The notes under the pieces: generated by a model
The model's input: only the letters and a program-made list of their open reading frames with translations
Database searches by the model: none
What the model was told of the DNA's origin: nothing
NCBI GenBank assembly: GCA_016748015.1
Contig: JAAOMT010000003.1
Coordinates: forward strand, 252,373-316,372
Direction of reading: 5' to 3'
From: Geosiphon pyriformis uo1
Taxonomy: Eukaryota; Fungi; Glomeromycota
Length of the DNA: 64,000 bases
Shown here: in pieces, positions 22,801-32,673 of the stretch
Layout of the letters: each line of letters begins with the position of its first letter
Numbering within the stretch: the stretch's first letter is position 1
Position numbers and translations under genes: made by a program

Positions 22801-25800
22801 ACAAAGTATATTAAATTTGCTATACATAAAAAAAATTTTGTTAGAGAGTATCTTGAATAATATTTTTTTTACTGTTTTAATCAAAGCAATTAATCTAATA
22901 TTAATTAACACTCTATTTTAATTATATAATTTAGAAATCATAAACATTTATATTTTTTTTTATGTAATAAGAACTGTATCTAAAATCAAACATAAATTCA
23001 AAATATTTAAAAGACAACTCAATATTAAATTACTACTATGCTTCTAAAATTCATTAAAAATTCCAGACAGATTAACAATTTTATTATCAGACAAATTTTT
23101 GACTATGTATATTAATTTATCTAACTTGATGTTAATTATAATATCAGAAAATATTCTATTATCTACATGTTTTAAAGAGACATATTGGTTAGACTACAGG
23201 TTTAGTATTATTGTTAAAACATTTTATTTTCTAGTTCAATTTTTTATAATTGTATCTATTTTGCTTTTTATCTCATTTGGCTCCAAAATTAATTTATTTT
23301 TAATTACCAAATAATTCAAAACAATTTTTTAAAAAGATGTTTCAAGATATTTCTTATCATATAATCTTTGTTAATACAGAAATTTTCTATTTTTTTTTAT
23401 AATTTTTCTAATTAAAAATAATTTCAAAGCTTTTAACTCCCAAAACTTAAACACATAATAACTTTTCTTAATCTTAAATAGATAACAAAAAATATTTTTC
23501 ACTTTTATTTTGCTTTTAACTAAAGACTGTATTTTAAAAGTTTTTAATTCATTAACTTTTAATTACACTTGTATAAAATAATTAATTCTTATTATATTCT
23601 TAAAACAAAAAACTTTTATAATTTTAGAAACCAGAATTTCTAATCTGTAAAACTTAGATAACTGTTTATTTCTGAAAACTGTAAATTTATTGTATTATTA
23701 TTTTAAAAAAACTTTTTTTGCAGAATCTACTAGAATATTTTTAAAAATTTTCTATATTATATTTATATTATCTTATTCAATTGTACTCTAAAAATCACCC
23801 ATTTTTATGAACAACTTGAAAGATAATAACTGCTTAAAACAAAACTATTTAGTTTTATTAGTTTTATTAATTTCAAACTTTCAATAATTCTTATTTGTTT
23901 GCTTATAAATTAATTTTAGACATTTATTCAAAAAATTATCTAATCTAATAAAGATTAAAACTGTCTTGTAATTTATATCAAAAAATACAAAAACATTAGA
24001 TATTTTCTGATTTATCATTATTGTCAAAAAAATTTTATTACCAAAAATATAATTAATTATTCTTTTAGAACTTTTTGAGTTGTTTTATATATAAAGTTTG
24101 GTAACAAAATTCTTAAAAAATAAGTTATGCAAACCCAAATTAAAATATTTCTTAAAAATAACACTATACTTAAAGTTATTTTTATTAAAATCATCTTTTA
24201 AAACTACATAAATATTGGTATTTACAGCTTTAGTTATAAAATTATTAATGTTGTCTGTTTATAAAAACTTAATACTAGCTAAAACACTTATATATAGTCT
24301 AATAACAAAAATAAAAACTTTGTTTTTGAATAAAAACCAAACAGAAATAAGCTAATTAAGAATTTTTAAAACTTTGGAAGCATAATAAACCAGAGAGTTA
24401 TTTACAATTAAAACAACTTTAAAACTTATGAAATTTTTATTTAAGTTAGAGTTGAATACATAAATTTTATCAAACTTATTTTTAATCTATAAATCGACTT
24501 TGATTTTAACTTGGTTTTTATAACAAACAAAACCAAATTGGCACAGTTATTATATTATTTTACAATATCTTTCTGTTTAGTTTTATTGTTTATATCTTTA
24601 ATATTGCAAATAGTAAACTTCTAAAAAAAATTGGTCATTAAGACACAAAAAATATTTTAGAGCATAAATTAATACATAACTGATTTAATCTTACTAAAAC
24701 AGAAAAATAAATATTTTAAAAACAACTAATTTTAATTCTAAATCACTTACTTTAATAGTCAAAACTTTAAAGCTGCTTATATTCAAATCTAAAGTTTTTT
24801 TTATTTTTAGTAGAAGAAAAAAAAATAATACTTGTAGATTATTTAAAACTATATTTAAGTTTAAATTCAAATCTAAAATCACTAAATCTGCCAAGATAAA
24901 AGACAAAAAAATGAGAATAAAAACCAAAAACACTAATTTCATACCATTTAGTTTGTACATAATACCAAAAACTTAATTAGCCAGCAATTTTAGTGATTAT
25001 TCTAAAAATACTAGCTGATTGCCAATCAAAGAAGTTTTTTAAAACTTAAAAAAATACTATTAAAGTAAAACATATTAGAAAATAAGAAACCAAAAAAAAA
25101 ACTAAAACAAACATAAACAGGAACAACAATTAGAAAAACTATTTGTACTCAAGATTTATTACCAAAAACAACAGATTGAAAATTAGAAACATTTTTTTTT
25201 GCATAAAAATGAGTTAGCTAAAAACAATTTTTATTTAAAACAAACTTTTTATAAATTTTTGTTAAAACTAGAACAGCTGGTTTTAAAGAATTATACTTAA
25301 GAGATAAATAGCCAAAATATCCATATTTTTTATATTAAACCAAACTTAATCTGGTTTAAAAAAGTTTTATATTACTTAAAATTGGCTCTGTGCAAAAAAC
25401 TAATTCCAATTTCTTTTCCAAATCAAAACTAATTACAACATAATAAACTTTATTGCCAATTTCAAATAAATAATTAATAATACAAGTTTTTCTATTAGTC
25501 TTTTTTAACAAGACATCAAAATTATAAGCAGTTGTTTTTATTGGCAAAGTAAACAAAAATGCTTTAAACCAATCTTTTGATATTTCAAATATTATAATCT
25601 TTAATAATCTTTGCAATATATACTAAATTTTTTCTGATTAAAAATAATTATTTTAATACTAACTAATTAGCTTAACTTGATTTAATAAACTTTACTATAG
25701 TTTTTTATCATAACTTAATTAATTGTAATCAGATTAACACAATTTGACCAAACTTGAAAAGAATTACAATAATTATTTTTTTTAATGTATTTATAAAAAT

Positions 25801-25814
25801 TTTTTTATAACTAC
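19860..25814 (-). mobile_element. LINE-b: extremely AT-eroded copy of the LINE-a subfamily, 5' part lost at an LTR insertion
   Basis: ORF 25356-25616 (FKAFLFTLPIKTTAYN..KTCIIN..CTEPIL) matches LINE-a ORF1. The ATGA junction is at 24635-24638. The tail homolog follows the stop at 19983-19985. Spacing matches a full-length ORF2. Confidence 0.85.
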
Positions 25815-26127
25815 TGTTACTGGAGGTTTTTGGTTTCTTTTTAGCTCTTGTATGTTTGTTGTAATGCTGTTAATTTACGATTATGAGAAGTGTTTGAACC
25901 TCCGATAACTGAATTTTATCTTCAAATTATCTCCTATAATTTGAACTGCTGGGCTTATAAGTGGAATGGCCAATTCTGTGCCAGTTGCTTCATGTAGTTA
26001 TGTTGTAGTAAATGTCAACTTTTTCCCAGGAATTGCTCATCTGGAAGCTCACTAAAAATGTGTAGTTACTTTGCTGTGAAAGTCAACTCTTCTACAGGAA
26101 TCTTGTCTGTAGGCTACCCTAATGATT
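25815..26127. repeat. LTR family A, partial copy
   Basis: Starts TGTTAC and is closely similar to 37288-37600; it breaks off at the Tn5 mosaic end. Confidence 0.88.
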
Positions 26128-26146
26128 CTGTCTCTTATACACATCT
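26128..26146 (+). other. Tn5/Nextera mosaic-end adapter (library artefact)
   Basis: Exact CTGTCTCTTATACACATCT, giving the 'EMCIRDR' translation in ORF 26052-26408. Confidence 0.97.
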
Positions 26147-29100
26147 CTAAGATTTTGTCATCAAGTCTTAGCTTGTATGATCCATTGCCTAAGACTTCAT
26201 GGATAAAAAATGGTCCATCCCATTTATTTTCAAATTTCTCACTCCATTGTTTTTCAGCTTTAGTTTTGTGTAAGAGAACTTTGTTTTCAATTTTAAATCT
26301 ATTGGTAACTGGAGGCAATTTGTCATTATGCCATTCTTTTTGTTGAGCTTGGGAGTGTTTAATATAGGTGGCTGCTATTTGTTGTTTTCTTTCCAATGTA
26401 CTAAGCAATATGTAGGCTCTTCATTGTAGTGTTTCTTGAAAGTTGTCTTTATTAATTGGTTGTATTGGGTATGTTTCCATTGTAAAACTAATTGGTAACG
26501 TTGCTGTTCTTCTATAAGTTAAATCAAATGGTGTGTGTTTTGTGGTATTTTGTTTTAGTGTTTTATATGCTAGTAACACTGATGGAATAAAAAGATCTCA
26601 TTCTTGCTCAAAATCAGTTGAAACTTTGGCTAATGATTTACACAATGTTCTGTTGAAATGTTCTACAAGTCCATTTGTTTGTGGATAGTAGGGCAAAAAT
26701 AATGGTCTCTTGACATTAAATCGTCCACAAATTTTTTGGATTAAATTGTTTACGAAATGTGTTCCTTGATCAGATAAAAGTTCTATTGGGCATCTATGTC
26801 TACAAATAATGTCTTCATAGATGAAGTTTGCTACTGATTTCACATCTACTCATTGAATGGCTTAGGCTTTAGGCCATTTGGTGAGATAGTCTATAGCTAC
26901 TGCAATATAACAGTTTCCTTGGTTTGTGATAGGGAGTGGTCCGACTAAATTGATACCAACTCAGTTAAAAGGCTGTCCAACTTTGATTGGGTTTAAAGGT
27001 TCTGTAGGGCAAGTTCCTTCTTTTCTTTGATAACTATCACAAGATTTAATGTATTCATGAATGTCTTTTCTTATTTGAGGCCAAAAATAATATTTTAGTG
27101 TTCTCTGGGTGGTGCTGTCTTTTTCTAGGTGTGCTGATGAAGGGTCTGAGTACATGTTATATAAAATAGTTTCTTTTTTATGTTCTTGTATTAATCTGAG
27201 TGGATTGTCTGGATTTCTGAAGTTTCGATAATAAAAATTGTTGTTGTGTAAAAAGTATTGTTTGGCTTGTTGTTGTAACCAATGTTCTTTATCTGAGGAC
27301 CAATCTGTTGGGATTTTTAATGTCTCCAAATATTGTTTAAGATTGTTGTAGTTTTCAGAGTTTATTGTTTGTTGTTTTGTTGTTAATTCAAATGGGTGTT
27401 GGTTTTGTATTTTAATCTTTTCTCATTCTTGAGAGACAATCAACATTAGTATAGAGTTTTCCTGGTTTGTGGTGTACAATATAACAGTAGTTGGCTAAAA
27501 ATCTTGTCCATCAGGTTTGTTTGGTGTTCAGCTGAGTGTTTTTGTTCTAAAGCCATTTGAGTCCAATATTATCAGTGATAATATCGAATTCTTTGGGTCT
27601 GAAGTAAAGGTTGAAGTGATGTAGGGCCCAAATTACTGCTGCAGTTTTTAATTCTGTTGCAAAGTAGTTTTTTTCAGCTGGTTTTAATGTTTTGCTAGCA
27701 TAAGCAATTACTTGCTCATTTCTATTGTCATCTAACTGTAATAAAATAGCACCAAAGACAGTATAAGAGGCATTTGTTGCTAACCAAAATCAGTTGCTGA
27801 AATCTAAGTAAGCGAGAATTGGAGCTGTCATTAGTTTTTTTTTAAGGATTTCAAATGCGTTTTGGTGTTCAGTAGTCCATTTGTATTCGACGTTTTTGGT
27901 GGTAAGCTGGTTGAGAGGTTTTGCGATTTTTGGAAATCCTTCGATAAACTTCCAATAGTAGGAGGCTAACCTTATAAATCCTCTTAGTTCTGTAGTGTTT
28001 TAAGGAGTTTTGAAGTTTTTGACAGTGCTGATTTTTTTAGAGTCCAGTTTGATTTCATCTTTACTAACAATGTAACCAAGAAAGGCCAAGCTTGTTTTTC
28101 TAAAGTAGTATTTTTTGATGTTGAGTTTCAGTTTTGCTTTTTGTAATTGTTGAAAAACTTCTCGCAGGTGTTTTAAGTATAATTCAAATAATGGAGAATA
28201 AACATCAGTATTGTTAAGATAAACGACTACTGACTTCCAAAGAAGTCCTTTGTACACAATATCCATTAATCTCTGAAATGTTGCTGGTGTATTGCATAAT
28301 TCAAAAGGCATTACATTGAATTCGTAGTTTCCTCCTTGGGTTGTAAAGGCTGTTTTGGGACAATCTTTGGGGTCCATGGCAACTTGCCAATATTCGCTTT
28401 CTAGATTTAGTGTTGAAAAGTATTTGGCCTTTTCAAGAGCATCCAACATATCATCAATTCGGGGAAAAAAATAGGCATCTCCAATGGTGATACTGTTGAG
28501 TTGTCAATAATCAACACAAAATCATATCTTTCCATTTTTTTTTTAACTAAGACCACAGATGAGGCTCATAGACTCATTGATGATTGGATAAGCCCATTGT
28601 TGAGCATCCATTGTACTTCTTTGCAGATAAATTGGTGGCTTTCTGGAGCAACTTGGTAGGCTTGTTGTCACCTTGGTTTGATATCTCCTGTATAGATTTG
28701 GTGTTGGACCAAATTGGTTCTTCTTAAGTCATTGTTGTTTTTGGCAAAGATATCAGCAAATTCTGCAATTAGCTTTTTGAGTTGGCTCTGTTGTTATGGT
28801 TCAAGTTGTCCCATGTTGATTTGAGATAGTTTTTCCATGACAACATGGTAGTTTTCAGAGCTGGGGTTTGGGTTGATTTTTGGTAGTAAATGTCCAATAA
28901 TTTCAGAGAAATTGGGAACTGTTTGGGGTAATTTTTGTTGAAAGATATTATTGTGAATAACTCCAATTTCTAAGTTATTTAATAAAACTATGAGGAAATT
29001 GTTGGAATTATAAAAAATAACTCAGATTTTCTTTGTTTCTTCTGGAATATAAATGTTTGGGATCGAGATATTATGTTCCAAGCAGATTTGTTCATTGGAC

Positions 29101-31768
29101 TCAAAAATTTGTTGTGTGGTTGTTGGCTTTTCACAAGTGTAAATTTCAGGCTGTTCTCTAAAGGGTGAAATGGTAATTGGTTATAGAAGTTGTAAAATCT
29201 GGTGAGATTTTTTCTGTTCGTTGAGGGCTATGTTTACTGGAATTGTGAATCATTCAGTTGAACCAAAATCTTGGGTTTCTCTTTCACTTTTTTCCAATAG
29301 TTCTCTTTGATTGACTAATTGTAAACCTGAAATGTTAATTAAGAGTAAATAAATGGCTTGGGCAATTTTCTTGGCATGTTTAATCTTAAATGACTTGTCA
29401 GTTTTGTTTTGGAGTATTACTGTTATGTCACCAGTATATCTAGCATCGATTATTTCTCCTTTGACATTGATTCTTTTGCTTGTCAGAGAGGACTGGGAGG
29501 CAATTTGAACCATTGCTCCTGGTGGGATTTCGAGAGCAATTTTGAGGTTGATTTTTGTGAGAAATTTGGGTTTGAGAATAAGAGTATTTTTGTCTGGATA
29601 TCTTAGATCATATCCAGCATCAATTTCATGTGCTTTTTTGGGTTTTATTCCTTGTCCATTGTTGTTGAAGTATTTGAGTTGTAAGACAAGCTGATTTTCG
29701 ATGAGATAGATGGGTGTTGTTTCAATTTTTTCTGTTGCTTCAGGTTTTCCAAATTCAATTTTGTATTCATCACTTTCGCTGGGCAAGAGAATGCTAAGAG
29801 TGTAGCATTCAGAACACCATTGTTCATCACAAGGCATTATGTATTCTTTACATAATTTAATGTTCATTTGTTCTAACTGTTGAGCTTAAGCTTCTTTAGT
29901 CAGGTAGGTGTGACTTGCAATTTGATGGTACACTTCTACTTCATCTTCATAATTGAATCCAGTTAATTCCATGATGTATTCAATGTATTCTGCTTCTTTC
30001 ATTTGACGAACATCTTCTTTGGTAGCTTTATTAACTAATGCCATTGCTAGGTCAAAAATCATCTCAGCATCATGGGGGTAATGATAAAGTTTGTTAAAAG
30101 CATTATTGTATGCTGCATTAAAAAGTGTTTTTCTTTTGACTTTTTCTGAAATTGATAAAGCATATTGGCAGGTTTGATTGCAGATTCCTCCTCTCATTGC
30201 TACATCAATCTAATTGCATTCTTCCAGTAGCATATCTCCACAAGTCAAACAAGAAGTGTTGTCCTATTTTCTGCTTTTTTTTATTAGATGGCCCCATTGT
30301 TTTCTGTGATAAGCTTTGCAGTAATAACAAGTATAATTTTTATATTCTTCTTTAGGTAAAATGCAGGCTCCCATTGAGGAGAGTTTCTTGTGGCAGTTTT
30401 TGCATTTGAGTGGAATATAAGAGTGTTATTTCTTTGGTTCTGGTTTAGAATATGAGATGTTCCATCCAGGGGTTTCTGGTTCCTCTGGATATGAGTTTGT
30501 TGCAAAATATGTTTGCTCAGTTTCTTCAACCCAGTTAGATGTTGATTCAAGTGCCATAAATATTTTGACTACAGGCTTTTCTTCCTCTCCTTCAAATTTG
30601 AAAACAGGAGCTTTCTCTGATTGTTTGTTGAATGTACCACAAATAGTGGGTATTCAGACATGTTGTCCTTGATAGGAGAGTTGTAATTCTTGGGTTTTTC
30701 AGTCTAATTTTGCATTGGCTTTTTGGAGCCAATCATTTCCGACAAGGACTTGATACTGAGGCGTATCTATTACAAGAACTTTAACTGGAATGGTGATTCC
30801 ATCAAGAGTGAACAGAAAATTGTCAATTTCTCCTACTGGAGTCTTTTTCATGCCATCGGCAGTAACAATTACTGTTTGAGCTGGTCAGTCAACATTTCTC
30901 TTTAACTGTTGCATTAACTGGTAGGTGATGATGCTTCCGGCAGATCCACTGTTTAGAATCAAGCGAATTGCCTTTCCTTTGACTTCTGCTTCAGTATATA
31001 TAGCAGTGATTGTTTTTTGTTTATTGGCAGCTGCATTGCTAAGCAGGAATGGTAACTTATTTGCTTTGAACTCAAAAGGAAATATATCTGAAAGGTTGGC
31101 ATTTTCAGCAATTCTGGCTGGTGGGATTGTGGTAGGAGTATAGAAAGGGTTTTGTTGTCATGCTACAGCTCTACTTTCTGAGAGTGCAGTATGGTGAAAA
31201 TCCTGTTCTTTAGGTATTGTAAGATAGCTAGGTTGAGTATGATAATGGGTGAGTCTTGGCTGAACTGGATTTCAGGGAACTAATTAGTTATTTGGGTTGA
31301 TTCTGTTGTTGTTTGTTGTGAATCGGTTTTGTGGTGCAAATTGGTTTTGTTGAACCAATCTTCGAGCAGGTACTTGGTAATGTTAAATGGGTTGTCGATA
31401 CTGTTGTTGCATTGGCTGTGGAGCAGGTTGATAGTAGTCAGTTTAATATTACAGTCTTGGTGGATAGTAAGCTGGTGGTAGTGGTAGTTGGTAATAAGAT
31501 TGTTGTGGCGAAGGATAACATTGATTACTCCTGTTTTGTTAGTCTCATTGTAGCTTTCTGCAATCTCTTTTCTAGTGGCCAGGGATTCCACAGTAATGGC
31601 AATTCTGAGGCTGGTTATTAGAGGATGATACAAAGTTGTTTTGATTCCGTCTTTGGGGTGGTTGATATCTTTGGGATTGCTGTTGTTGTTGGTTGGTGAA
31701 ATAGTTTTCGACTTTCTTTGTGAGTTGGTCAATTTTCTTTTCAGCTGCTGAACTGGTCTCTTCAATGG
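26147..31768 (-). mobile_element. Gypsy-A internal region: partial gag, protease, Cys-rich domain, dUTPase, RT, RNase H, then separate integrase; decayed
   Basis: Gag CHYCGIPGH*KRDC; protease LILNSGSAG (D>N); RT KTAFTT..YEFNVMPF..YLNN; RNase H LATNAS; integrase LLSDQGTHF, PQTNGLVE, GPF motif. Domain order RT-RH-IN is Ty3/Gypsy-type. Confidence 0.93.
29250..29660 (-). pseudogene. dUTPase domain inside Gypsy-A pol
   Basis: Trimeric dUTPase motifs: DAGYDL, ASQSSL (RSS), IIDARYTGDI, AQAI, RETQDFGST. Confidence 0.9.
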
Positions 31769-32658
31769 TGTTACGGGATGGTTTTCTTGTTATATTTAAT
31801 TGCTGATATCCCACTTTAATTGCAATCAGTCTTTCATGAGTTCCTCAATTCTATTTGTGTGATAATGTCACTGTTACACTGAAGGCTTTCTTTTTACTGT
31901 TGCAATGTAAGTTATTTTTTAATTCTTGATTGTGGTGTGTGTTTATGTACTCCTTTTCAGAGGCTGAACTGAAATTTACCCACTGTCTGGGGTCTTCTCT
32001 GAAGCTATCCTTACAATTGCCTGATGTGTTTCTCTAATCTAGAAACACAGAATGTTAATGGTCTTTAGCACTTTTCTAATTCTTACAATAAAGCTTTTAT
32101 CAATTAGTAACAACGTGAATAATCTTGATCAAGGATTATTCTTCCAAGGGATTCAGTTGATAAATGATAGTTTCATTCAATAAATAATACAAGTAAGTTT
32201 CTTAATACTTTGGGTTGTGATAGTTCTGTTTTAAATATTTTTTTTCATTTCTTTTTGATTTTTAAAGGTTTCTTGGGATATTTAATTTGAAAGTATGATT
32301 TAAAGTAGAGTTTGTTGGATAAAATTGGATCTGTTGCTTGATAAGTTATGATTTTTATTACTTGATTGATTATTTCCCAATATTAAAACTACTGTATATA
32401 TACATGTTTGTAGTTCTATGAGAAAATACTTTCTTTTTGATATTTCAACCTGGTGTTTGCTGTTATCACCAGTTGGTGTTAGCTGCTATTGTAAACTGGT
32501 GCTTGCTACTATCACAAGATAGTGTTTGCTACTATCGCGAAATGGTGTTTGCTACTATATTAATTATTACCTTTCTAAGATTATTACTGTGCTATATTAT
32601 GATTGAATAGTTTGTATTATTTTTATGATTCTTTTTGCTAAATTCTTAAACCATAACA
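31769..32658 (-). repeat. LTR family B, 3' LTR of Gypsy-B (890 bp), inserted in Gypsy-A gag
   Basis: TGTTACGG...CCATAACA termini; near-identical to 57821-58602; adjoins a polypurine tract; ~21-23 bp subrepeats at 32450-32560. Confidence 0.92.
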
Positions 32659-32673
32659 TTATCCCCTCCTTTC
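32659..32673 (-). promoter_or_regulatory. Polypurine tract of Gypsy-B
   Basis: Minus-strand GAAAGGAGGGGATAA lies immediately 5' of the LTR's TG. Confidence 0.85.

Noticed and set aside
20000-25000. Short I/K/L/F/N-rich ORFs, or an organellar/endosymbiont insertion
   Set aside because: The region is collinear with the LINE; the ORFs are by-products of AT erosion.
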